Assembly (NCBI GenBank): GCA_035353815.1
Contig: DAOQAG010000001.1
Span: 17,159 to 81,158 of the forward strand
Direction: 5' to 3'
Length of the DNA stretch: 64,000 nucleotides
DNA from: a bacterium
Lineage (GTDB): Bacteria > Zhuqueibacterota > Zhuqueibacteria > Residuimicrobiales > Residuimicrobiaceae
Positions 17,778-27,536 of the stretch are shown piece after piece (position 1 is the stretch's first letter; every line of letters starts with the position of its first letter). The translations under genes and the position numbers were made by a program. The notes below the pieces were generated by a model, which saw only the letters and a list, made by a program, of their open reading frames with translations, did no database searches and had not been told where the DNA came from.

Positions 17778-19706
17778 TTATTCTGCACTGCCCTCCTCCT
17801 TGGTCGCGTGCTCCTTTTCCTTGACCTCTTCATACCACGCCGGGAAGCGCTCCTCCGCCTCTTCTTCGGTTATCTTGCCGGTAAAGCCGGTAAGATTGAT
17901 CGGATAATCGGCGGGATGGAAAATCGCGAAAAACATATGATAGAGGAGGATGGCCAGAAACGCCAGCCAGGCTTCATAGAGGTGGATGACCTCGGCTACT
18001 TTGACGATCCATGCCGGCAGCAGAAAGGTTGCCGTGGTCGGGAACCAGAGAACAAAACCGGTCAGGGCCATGACCGCGGTACCCCATACCAGGGCCCAGT
18101 ACTCCGCCTTTTCGACATAGCCGTACCGTGCAAAGTTGGCGCGCTCCCGGCTGATCCCGAGATGATATTTCATATTGGCGATGAACTGGCGGACATCATC
18201 GATACCCGGCAACAGGGCTTTGAGTTCTCCGCGGGCGCTGCGCGCAAAGGCAAGATAGCCGAGGTGATAGATACCGGCTGCCAGCATCACCACCGCTGAA
18301 ATGCGGTGGATCAGGCCGCGCAACCCCTCGCTCAGGCCCAGGGTGGTCAGCAGTCGTGCCCATGCGGTGTTGGAGTATTTGAGGGCGAAGCCAGTGATCA
18401 CCAGCAGGGTAAAGGAGATAAAGATCGCCAGGTGCTGGATGATCCATGAACGGTCGAAGCGCTGGATCGTCTTTTGCAATTTTTGCGCCCGCCATTTGGC
18501 GCGGGCATATTTAAGCCAGATGATGAGATTGTGGAGCACCATGCCGCCGATCACCACGACGATCAGCCAGAGATACGCTTTGCCGATATAGCGGGCGAGA
18601 CGGTCGCCGAACGAATCGGGTTTGGCATGGATATAGCTCTGGGAAAATTCCTGGGTGGCATTGGGATGGCAGGAGCCGCAGGTCTTGCTGAGGTTGGCGA
18701 TGTGGATCGTCGAAGCCGGGTTGGACTGGGGCAGAATGGCATGGACGCCGTGGCAACTGGTGCAGTTGGCCGCCACCCGCGAACCCCGGTTGGTGGCCAG
18801 ACCGTGATAGCTGGCACGATAGGAGGTGACGGGATCGAGCGTAATGCCATATTTTTCATTCAACTGGAGCAGTCCATGGCAGGGGGCGCAGATCTTTTCC
18901 GAAACATTGGCCGCAGCGGTGGGTGAGGCCGCATCATCGGGGGAGAGGATTTCATGCTCGCCGTGGCAAAAGGTACACGTGGGCACCTCGGCGACACCCC
19001 GCGCCAGATCCATCCCGTGGATGCTGCCTTCGTATTCAGCCTCGACATCGCCATGACAGGTGCCGCAGGTTTTGGAGATATTGGCGCGAAACACCGGCGA
19101 CTGCGGATCGCTCGCGGAGCGCAAATGGTGGGGTTCGTGGCAGCTGCTGCAGGTCGCCGCCCCGTCATTGCCCGCCATCAAGGCTTTGCCATGCACCCCC
19201 CGGTTGAATTTCTCCACCGGCGCGGCAACGCGAATATCGTGCTTCTCGGCCAACCCTTTGTCGCGGTGGCAGGCGCCGCAGGTGGCCGGGAGGCGGGCCG
19301 GATGGGTGCGGGAGGCGGTCTCCAGGGAGCTGAGGATGTCATGTTTGCCGTGGCAATCGCTGCAGACCGGAGCGTCTGCATCGCCCGCCGCCAGCGCCTG
19401 GCTGTGGAGACCCTTGGCGAACTCGGCCGCGGCTTCGCTATGGCAGCGCGCACACTCCACCCGCTTGAGCGGCGAATCGTGGGGGTCGCCGACCGCATCG
19501 CGATGGCAATCCTTGCAATCCAGCCGGCCGTGCACCGATCGGGCAAAAACAGCTTCATCAACAAAGAGCGTATCTTCACCGCCCGAGGCATTGGGCCGCG
19601 TCATGGTGGAATCACCATGACAGACCGCACACGGGCTTTGCGCCAATGCACCCGCTGCGGCCAGAAGAATCGAGAAGAAGATAATGCTGAGGCCAGGTCT
19701 AGGCAT
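17778..19706 (-). CDS. Fusion cytochrome: a periplasmic 11-haem c-type domain joined to a C-terminal 4-helix dihaem b-type cytochrome (FdnI/HydC-like; the architecture of Geobacter CbcL)
   Basis: Signal peptide; 11 CxxCH motifs (CAVCH, CKDCH, CARCH, CSDCH, CGACH, CSSCH, CGTCH, CTFCH, CAPCH, CTSCH, CGSCH), mostly in a paired spacing. These are followed by 4 transmembrane helices with conserved His ('IQHLAIF', 'GLIHRISAVVMLAAGIYHLGYL', 'AEVIHLYEAWLAFLAILLYHMFFAIFHP'). Confidence 0.8.
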   Translation of the reverse strand: MPRPGLSIIFFSILLAAAGALAQSPCAVCHGDSTMTRPNASGGEDTLFVDEAVFARSVHGRLDCKDCHRDAVGDPHDSPLKRVECARCHSEAAAEFAKGLHSQALAAGDADAPVCSDCHGKHDILSSLETASRTHPARLPATCGACHRDKGLAEKHDIRVAAPVEKFNRGVHGKALMAGNDGAATCSSCHEPHHLRSASDPQSPVFRANISKTCGTCHGDVEAEYEGSIHGMDLARGVAEVPTCTFCHGEHEILSPDDAASPTAAANVSEKICAPCHGLLQLNEKYGITLDPVTSYRASYHGLATNRGSRVAANCTSCHGVHAILPQSNPASTIHIANLSKTCGSCHPNATQEFSQSYIHAKPDSFGDRLARYIGKAYLWLIVVVIGGMVLHNLIIWLKYARAKWRAQKLQKTIQRFDRSWIIQHLAIFISFTLLVITGFALKYSNTAWARLLTTLGLSEGLRGLIHRISAVVMLAAGIYHLGYLAFARSARGELKALLPGIDDVRQFIANMKYHLGISRERANFARYGYVEKAEYWALVWGTAVMALTGFVLWFPTTATFLLPAWIVKVAEVIHLYEAWLAFLAILLYHMFFAIFHPADYPINLTGFTGKITEEEAEERFPAWYEEVKEKEHATKEEGSAE

Positions 19707-19828
19707 GGTTTCGTCTCTCAGTTCCTGGTGGGACTACAAAGAAAAATCTCGCGCCGCCTGGGGATGGCAGCGCGAGAACGAGAGCTGGTGCACTACTTTC
19801 GGGGCGAAGCTATACCCGCCGATCCGGA

Positions 19829-20383
19829 TCAGCTTTTGGGCGCGGGATGCGCGATGAGCTTGAAGGCTTCTTCGGCCTTGAATGGCTTGTAGGTCGGGCT
19901 TTCCTGATTATGGCATTTGACGCAGTTCTTCTTGTCGCCGGGATTATAGGCGACTGCAGCGGCATCCTGGGTCTTGGCGGCCAGCGCTTTCATGACTTTC
20001 ATCGACTGGTAGAGCGAACCAGCGCCATGACAGGTTTCGCAGGTTACGCCCTCTTCCATCTTGTAGGTCGCGGCCTTGGCGGTGGCGGGGGCATCATACG
20101 CCGTCACATGGCACTTTAAACACTTGGCCGATTTCTGGGGATCTTCGACACCGGCCTTTTTGCCAACCGCCTTGGCTTCTTCCGTCGCCAGTGTGGCGAA
20201 GGCGCTGGCATGCTTGCTCTTGGCCCAAATCGCATAGGGCTCGCCTTTGGCTTTCGCGGAATGGCACATCTTGCACTTGGCGGCGCCAATGTACTGGGCC
20301 TTGTCGGTTTGAGCGAACAGGACCATCGAAAAGACCAGCGCCAGCACCAGAACCAGGGTGGTCACGAACACACGCTTGCTCAT
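19829..20383 (-). CDS. Periplasmic tetrahaem c-type cytochrome
   Basis: Signal/anchor 'RVFVTTLVLVLALVFSMVLFA' and 4 CxxCH motifs (CKMCH, CLKCH, CETCH, CVKCH). The start at 20383 has a GGAGGT RBS; an alternative ATG lies at 20395. Confidence 0.8.
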   Translation of the reverse strand: MSKRVFVTTLVLVLALVFSMVLFAQTDKAQYIGAAKCKMCHSAKAKGEPYAIWAKSKHASAFATLATEEAKAVGKKAGVEDPQKSAKCLKCHVTAYDAPATAKAATYKMEEGVTCETCHGAGSLYQSMKVMKALAAKTQDAAAVAYNPGDKKNCVKCHNQESPTYKPFKAEEAFKLIAHPAPKS

Positions 20384-20525
20384 TTTTACCTCCATCAGAG
20401 TTGACTGCTTGCGTCATATCGCTAATAAATAACCAATAAAAGATGAATATTGCAACAGCAAAATGCATCACTTTGGCCTGCTATAGCGATTTGCATCCCT
20501 AATAACGCAAAATCTGATGAAAAGT

Positions 20526-21911
<1,386 letters not shown>

Positions 21912-21923
21912 GCACCCGCCCTT

Positions 21924-23267
21924 CTAGCTGCCCAGGATAATGCGCATGACCGTTCCCCCGCTCGGGGGTTCCACCGCCTCGATCTCGCCGCCATGCGCTT
22001 CGACGATGCGTTTGCAAACCGCCAATCCCAGTCCCGTGCCACTGGCCTTGGTCGTGAAAAAGGGCTCAAAAATCTCCCGGCCGCGGCCCTGCAGTCCGGG
22101 ACCGTGGTCTTGCACTTCGATGACCACCAGCGCCCGGCCGAGCCGGCGCTGTTCCGCCAGACGCAGGGTGATCGCCGCCTCTGTACCCTCACCGAGCGCC
22201 TGCCGCGCATTGATCAGCAGATTGAGCACCACCTGCTCGATCTGCCCGGGATCGCAGCGATGAAAAAGATGCGCCACGCTGCACTCCCACTCCACCGCCG
22301 TCCCCTGGCGCGAGAAACGCGCCGCCAGCCCCAGTAGCAGCGGGACCAGATCGCAATGGCTCATCTCGAGCCGCGGTTCGCGCGCATAAGCGAGAAAATC
22401 GCTGACGATCCGGTTGAGGCGGACGATCTCTTCGTCGATATAGCCGAAAAATTCGTCCGTGCGCTCGGGCTGCGTCTGCTTTTCCCGCAGCACATCGGCA
22501 GTGCTCTTGATGATGGCCAGCGGATTGCGGATCTCGTGGGCGACGGTTGCGGCCATCTGCCCCATGCTCGCCAGCCGTTCCGACTGGTACAGCCGGTTCT
22601 CGGTGCGAACGAACTGGAGCATCGCCAGGGTCAGGAAGACAGCCAGCGCCGCCAGAAGGAGCAGGCTGACCACCACCCCGAGATAGAGGGCCTGGTAAAA
22701 CTGGTCCATCGTGCGCAGGAATCCGGCATTGGCCTCAAGTGCCAGCACCGCCGTTTGCCCATAAACATCGCTCACCGGCGCATAGACGCTTTTGAAATGG
22801 TTGCCGGCAACGGTATGCAGCCGTGAGGCCTGAACCGCCCCGCCGAGTGCCGCACGGATCTCGAGGCTGTCAGCGGCCAGATAGCTGCGCCCGGCCACCC
22901 GCTCGAGTTCACGGCGAGCATCGAGCAGCACACGCCCCTCCGGGTTGATCAGGTAGGCGGCTTCCAGCTCCTGGGCCAGACGGATGCGGTTCAGGCTGAG
23001 CCGCACATCGTCGGCATCGGCGGCATCCGAAAAACTGCTGCCACTGCGTTCGATGAGTTCAGCGGTCAGAGAGGCCGCAGCCATGAGCCGTTGATCCAGC
23101 GCATGCTCAAGTTCCCCTCCCATCTTCCTGAGGAAAAAATAGGAGCTGAGATTGTAGAGCAGGAGGAAAAAGAAGGTGACCATCATCACCATCACCACGG
23201 TGCGCTTGCGGCGACGCAGCAGGCGCAGTTGCGCGGCGGTAAGGGTCATTTTTTCGCGCTGGCTCAT
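21924..23267 (-). CDS. Sensor histidine kinase (two transmembrane helices, a ~150-aa periplasmic domain, HisKA and HATPase_c)
   Basis: H-box 'MAATVAHEIRNPLAIIK' and G-box 'GTGLGLAVCKRIVEAHGGEI'. It is adjacent to, and co-oriented with, the NtrC-like regulator. Confidence 0.85.
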   Translation of the reverse strand: MSQREKMTLTAAQLRLLRRRKRTVVMVMMVTFFFLLLYNLSSYFFLRKMGGELEHALDQRLMAAASLTAELIERSGSSFSDAADADDVRLSLNRIRLAQELEAAYLINPEGRVLLDARRELERVAGRSYLAADSLEIRAALGGAVQASRLHTVAGNHFKSVYAPVSDVYGQTAVLALEANAGFLRTMDQFYQALYLGVVVSLLLLAALAVFLTLAMLQFVRTENRLYQSERLASMGQMAATVAHEIRNPLAIIKSTADVLREKQTQPERTDEFFGYIDEEIVRLNRIVSDFLAYAREPRLEMSHCDLVPLLLGLAARFSRQGTAVEWECSVAHLFHRCDPGQIEQVVLNLLINARQALGEGTEAAITLRLAEQRRLGRALVVIEVQDHGPGLQGRGREIFEPFFTTKASGTGLGLAVCKRIVEAHGGEIEAVEPPSGGTVMRIILGS

Positions 23268-23291
23268 GGCTCCCCTCCTCCTTGCCGCAAC

Positions 23292-24347
23292 TCATTCCGC
23301 CAGGGCGGAGTGCACCTGGTCGAGGACATCTTTAACACCGATGGCCTGCATGCAGAACATATCCGGACAGAGATCGCGGTGGCAGTGGCTGCAATCGACC
23401 GCAGGATAGACGAGGCGGTGGCCGGCAGCTGCAGCGTAGGGGAACCAGATATCGGGTTCCCCGGGTCCAAATATCCCCACGGTTTTGGTGCCGACAGCCG
23501 GAGCAAGATGGAGCGGACCGCAGTCGTTGCTGACATAGAGCGTCAGCTGCGCCAGAACGGCCGCGAGCCGCCGCAGGGGGAGCGCCTCCGGGAGCGCCAG
23601 GGGAAAGGGCAAGGTCTTGAAGATCGCTGTGATGATCTGCTCCTCGCCGGGGCCCATGGTGAAGAGGATCTGCTTCTGCTCGTCGTGCAGGCGGGCCGCA
23701 AGGGCAGCGAAGCGTTCGGGAAACCAGCGTTTGGCCGGCCAGGTTGCACCGGGATGGAGACCGATCAGGGGGCGGTCCGGATCATAGCCCTTGTCCATCA
23801 GCCACTGCCGCGCCGCGCGGTGTTCCTCCGGCGTGATCTCGATATGGGTGGGAAGCGGCGCAGCGTCGAGGCCGAGGGGTGCCAGAGAGCGCAGATGATA
23901 GGCGATGGCGGTCATACGCTCTCCGCGGTCGAGGATCCGGTGGGTGTAAAGCAGGCGCCGGCCACGAAAATCACCGCCGATGCGCCGGCGCGCCCCGCTG
24001 AGGTAGAGTAGCAGCGCGGAGCGGGGATTGCCGAAGAGGTCGATCGCTACATCCCAGGACTTCCGGCGCAGGCTGCGGAGCAGGGCCACCTGGTCGCGGT
24101 CATCGCCGCGCCTGAAGGAATAAAGCTCATCCACCGCCGGATGGTGCTCCAGCAGCTGATCGTAGGGGGTCTCCGACAGGAAACCGATCCGCGCCTGCGG
24201 AAAATTCTGCCGCAGCGCGGCCAGCAGCGGCGTGGTGAGAATGATATCCCCCATAAAGCGTAGACGTGAGACCAGGATTGAGCGAATCTGCTCCGGTACG
24301 ATCCGGGGCCCCCTCCAGCCCTGTTCAATCGGCGTCGCCAACATCAA
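23292..24347 (-). CDS. Glycosyltransferase family 9 (ADP-heptose:LPS heptosyltransferase-like)
   Basis: 'ILVSRLRFMGDIILTTPLLAALRQNFPQARIGFL' is the GT9 N-terminal signature; '...VGIFGPG...' is also present. Confidence 0.8.
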   Translation of the reverse strand: MMLATPIEQGWRGPRIVPEQIRSILVSRLRFMGDIILTTPLLAALRQNFPQARIGFLSETPYDQLLEHHPAVDELYSFRRGDDRDQVALLRSLRRKSWDVAIDLFGNPRSALLLYLSGARRRIGGDFRGRRLLYTHRILDRGERMTAIAYHLRSLAPLGLDAAPLPTHIEITPEEHRAARQWLMDKGYDPDRPLIGLHPGATWPAKRWFPERFAALAARLHDEQKQILFTMGPGEEQIITAIFKTLPFPLALPEALPLRRLAAVLAQLTLYVSNDCGPLHLAPAVGTKTVGIFGPGEPDIWFPYAAAAGHRLVYPAVDCSHCHRDLCPDMFCMQAIGVKDVLDQVHSALAE

Positions 24348-24365
24348 CTCCTCTTCAAACAGCCA

Positions 24366-27300
24366 TCAGCGCATCAACAGCATTTTGCGGGTCAGCGTCC
24401 GGCCGCCCTGGGTCAGGCGATAGAGATAGGTGCCGGTGCTCCAGCCCCGGGCATCGACGCTGATCTGGTGCCGGCCGGCCGGCTGCAACCCCTCTGCCAG
24501 TACCGCCACCTCGCGGCCGAGCAGATCATAGACAGCCAGGCGGACCGGAGCGGCCTGGGGCAGTTCGTAGCTGATCTGCGTCACCGGATTGAAGGGATTG
24601 GGATAGTTCTGCTCAAGGCCGAATCGGGCCGGGAGGGTTACCTCCGCCTGCTCCACCGCCGTGGGATTGGTGGTTTTGAGAACGACCACCAGGTTGTCCA
24701 GATAGATCGATCCGCTGGCGGCTGATCCGGCATCCGGGGCGAGCTGGATACTGTCAATCGTCAATTTGTTGCCGTCCAGGGTGCCGTTGGTCGCCAGCCA
24801 GGAGCCGACCACGCCGGGGTCGCTCATCTTCCATTCCACCAGCCGCCAGCCATACCAGTCGATCTTGACCCACTGGGTCACCTCCGGCAGGGTATTTTTG
24901 GCGGCCACCTCATCGATCGCCAGCCGGAAGAGCGAGCCGCTTCCATCTCCAAAAACCTGGATTTGCAGGGTATAGGTCGTGTCAAAGAAGACGGTGGCCG
25001 GGGTCGTGGCCGGATCGAGATAGACGCGGCAGAGGTGCTCGGCCGCTGCAGTATCCCACTGATAGCGCAGGGCGGCAGAATACTTTTGCGTCCCGAGGGA
25101 GTTGGGCAGCCATACGGTCCGGTCCATTTCAAACAGGGTCTTGGCGGCGATGGTGCCGACCGTCGAGCCGCTATAGCTGGGATCTTTCCAGTTGCTGGCG
25201 CCGAAGAATTTTTCGATGGTTACCTCCTTCAGCGTCCGCTCACCCCGGGTCTTTAAATCCAGATCGATGGGCTGGGGGATGATATTGCCGAAGGTGTCGC
25301 TGAGGGTCGGCTTCAGGAGCAGATGATAATCGGTGTTGATCTCGAGGGCTTTGGCCGGCTGGATCGAAAGCACCGAGCGGTTGCCCATGGGCACGTGCGC
25401 CCACATTGATTTGACGGGCACTCCGCCGATAGATACGAGGATCGTGGAGTCCTTGATGGAGGCGGGCAGGATCCGTTCATTGAACACGAGGTTGATCACC
25501 CCTTCAACCGCCATCGGCTCTTGCGTCCCGGCGGGATAGAGGGCGATCAGTTCCGGACCATTGAGATCGCGGGCATCGGTCGTGAAACGGATTTGAAAGG
25601 ATCCGCCCGCGGCGCCGTCGGCGTCGCCATCGAGCGCCGTGCCGTTGCGATCGCGGGCGGCATCACTCAGAGTCAAAGTATAGGTCGTTGCGAACGCCAG
25701 AGGTGCTGCCGGCTGCAGGGTCAGGGTGCGGTGGTCCGCGCTCCAGGAGATCTTGCCCACCGCGATCGCGGGCGTGATGCTCAGGGCGGCCGCCACCGAC
25801 GTGGAATCCATCCCCTTGCTGAAGACGAGGACCAGGTCATCGCCGACATGCACCGTATCGCTGTTGGCGGGTGTCGAGGCGAAGAGCCGCGGTGCGAAAG
25901 AGGGGACCGGGCCGGCTTCCGCCACATTCGAAGGCAGGGATTCGTTCCAGAACCGGTCCAGGGTCGTGGCATAATAATAGAAGGAGCCGGCGTGATCCTG
26001 CAAGCCATCAAAATGGTCGGTATAGCTGGCGCTGCCGCCGCACCAGAGAATGCGGAGCAGGGGATCTTGGTCCGGTCGCGGGGTATTTTCTTCAATGCGA
26101 TAGAGGGCGATGCGCTGCGGCGTGGTCAGGCCCGCTGGCAGGGTGACGGTCACCTCATAGGTCAACGAGTCGCGCCGGTTGACCGCGACGCCGGGCGATT
26201 CCGGCGTGGCCGTGGACAAAAAGCGCGCAGCACGTATCTTGGTCTTGTTCGAAAAAAAGGATGCTGCAGCCTCGCTGAAAAAGACGTTGTCTTCCCAGGT
26301 GCCATAGCTGAAGAACTGAAAGCCATCCACCCAGGGCACCATGCGGCAATAGTCGACGATCTCGGCATGATGATCCATGATCCGGTTTTCACTGAGGATA
26401 TAGGAGGGCGGGCCGACACTGTAGAGCCGGCCGGCGGCGATACCCTCCTGCAGGAAGGGGCCCCAACTGTTGCTGGGACCGGCGAGCATCTTGTAGAAAT
26501 CGGCGCCGACGGTCCAGTGATAGTGCATCGGCATCAGTTGGTCGACATAGCCGCGGTTGAACCAGAGCGCTGCGTCCTGATAGACCGTGCCGTAGCCCTG
26601 CCAGCCGCCCCAGTTATAGTTGCCGAGGACGGCCGCCGAAAGCCGCACCCAAGGCTTGGCGGCCTGAACGGAATCGTGCAGGGTGTGGACGAATTCGGTA
26701 ACCGACCAGCGCCACCACTCTTCCCAGGAGCCGAATCCGGCGGGCACCCCTGCACTGTAGGGATGCTCGACGTCATAGAGATAGCGCGAAGCCATGTTCG
26801 CCTGGAGATCGGCGAGTTCGGCCTCGCTGATCTGACCATCCAGCTTGGGGCGGGCGGGCTCCTTTTGCAGCGCCGCTGCACCGGATTCCTCGTTCCAGCG
26901 CACATAGTCGAGATGGAGGCCATCGATATCATAGCGGCGCACCAGATCCATCGCCACCGCCACGGTATACGCGCGCACCGCTGCCAGTCCGGGTGAGAGG
27001 GCGCGCGAGGCGTTCATCGGCTGGTCGCTGGAGTTGCGGCAGACCCATTCGGGATGGTCGCCGGACGGCGATCCGGGTGCGGTCGACGAACACTGGAAGC
27101 TGTTGAACCAGGCGTGCAGCTCCAGGCCGCGGTTGTGGGCTTGCTCGATGGCATAGGCCAGGGGGTCGAAGCCCGGATCCATGCTGTCCAGATAGCTGCC
27201 CCACGGTTCAAAGCTGGAGGCATAATAGGCCGTGCCAGCCTGGCGCACCTGCCAGACCACGGCGTTCATGTTGGCTTTCTCGTGATCATCGAGAATCTTG

Positions 27301-27446
27301 CGGATGCGCGCCTTGACTGTCTCGACCGGCTGATGCCCGCCATAGATCTCCCAGGTGATGACCCAGGTAGCGCGAAACTCGCTGGTCTCAGCGGCCCAGA
27401 GTGCACTGCAACAAAAGAGCAGCCCACAGAGAAAATACTTTTTCAT
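24366..27446 (-). CDS. Secreted T9SS cargo protein: N-terminal glycoside-hydrolase-like family 10 domain (GHL10/PF02638), SbsA-type Ig (Big_5) repeats and a T9SS CTD
   Basis: Signal 'MKKYFLCGLLFCCSALWA'; GHL10 'FRATWVITWEIYG ... NMNAVVWQVRQAGTAYYASSFEPWGSYL ... GLELHAWFN'; Big_5-like 'ALSITPAIAVGKISWSADHRTLTLQPAAPLAFATTYTLTLS'; CTD 'QNYPNPFNPVTQISYELPQAAPVRLAVYDLLGREVAVL ... GTYLYRL ... KMLLMR'. Confidence 0.75.
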   Translation of the reverse strand: MKKYFLCGLLFCCSALWAAETSEFRATWVITWEIYGGHQPVETVKARIRKILDDHEKANMNAVVWQVRQAGTAYYASSFEPWGSYLDSMDPGFDPLAYAIEQAHNRGLELHAWFNSFQCSSTAPGSPSGDHPEWVCRNSSDQPMNASRALSPGLAAVRAYTVAVAMDLVRRYDIDGLHLDYVRWNEESGAAALQKEPARPKLDGQISEAELADLQANMASRYLYDVEHPYSAGVPAGFGSWEEWWRWSVTEFVHTLHDSVQAAKPWVRLSAAVLGNYNWGGWQGYGTVYQDAALWFNRGYVDQLMPMHYHWTVGADFYKMLAGPSNSWGPFLQEGIAAGRLYSVGPPSYILSENRIMDHHAEIVDYCRMVPWVDGFQFFSYGTWEDNVFFSEAAASFFSNKTKIRAARFLSTATPESPGVAVNRRDSLTYEVTVTLPAGLTTPQRIALYRIEENTPRPDQDPLLRILWCGGSASYTDHFDGLQDHAGSFYYYATTLDRFWNESLPSNVAEAGPVPSFAPRLFASTPANSDTVHVGDDLVLVFSKGMDSTSVAAALSITPAIAVGKISWSADHRTLTLQPAAPLAFATTYTLTLSDAARDRNGTALDGDADGAAGGSFQIRFTTDARDLNGPELIALYPAGTQEPMAVEGVINLVFNERILPASIKDSTILVSIGGVPVKSMWAHVPMGNRSVLSIQPAKALEINTDYHLLLKPTLSDTFGNIIPQPIDLDLKTRGERTLKEVTIEKFFGASNWKDPSYSGSTVGTIAAKTLFEMDRTVWLPNSLGTQKYSAALRYQWDTAAAEHLCRVYLDPATTPATVFFDTTYTLQIQVFGDGSGSLFRLAIDEVAAKNTLPEVTQWVKIDWYGWRLVEWKMSDPGVVGSWLATNGTLDGNKLTIDSIQLAPDAGSAASGSIYLDNLVVVLKTTNPTAVEQAEVTLPARFGLEQNYPNPFNPVTQISYELPQAAPVRLAVYDLLGREVAVLAEGLQPAGRHQISVDARGWSTGTYLYRLTQGGRTLTRKMLLMR

Positions 27447-27470
27447 TCCCAACCTCAATGATGGTTTGTG

Positions 27471-27525
27471 CAAAAAAATCCGCTGCGGCCGCCCCGGCTG
27501 GGGCTGCAAAATCACAGCGGATTTT
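27471..27525 (-). terminator. Rho-independent terminator after partner gene 1 (compound hairpin with a T-tract)
   Basis: On the minus strand: AAATCCGCTG ... CAGCGGATTT, enclosing an inner GCCCC/GGGGC hairpin, then TTTTTTT. Confidence 0.55.
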
Positions 27526-27536
27526 AACAGCAGCAG

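Noticed and set aside
17721-18299. 192-aa plus-strand ORF starting 'MHKKSRMKFIRLFLCLACS'
   Set aside because: It begins inside the bidirectional terminator and runs antisense to the cytochrome b domain of the CbcL-like gene.
20396-20525. Sigma-54 (-24/-12) promoter upstream of the tetrahaem cytochrome gene
   Set aside because: It is expected from the adjacent NtrC-type regulator, but the best candidate I found (GG...TGC in 'AGGCCAAAGTGATGCAT' on the minus strand) has off-by-one spacing and a poor -12 element. It is not supported without a proper scan.
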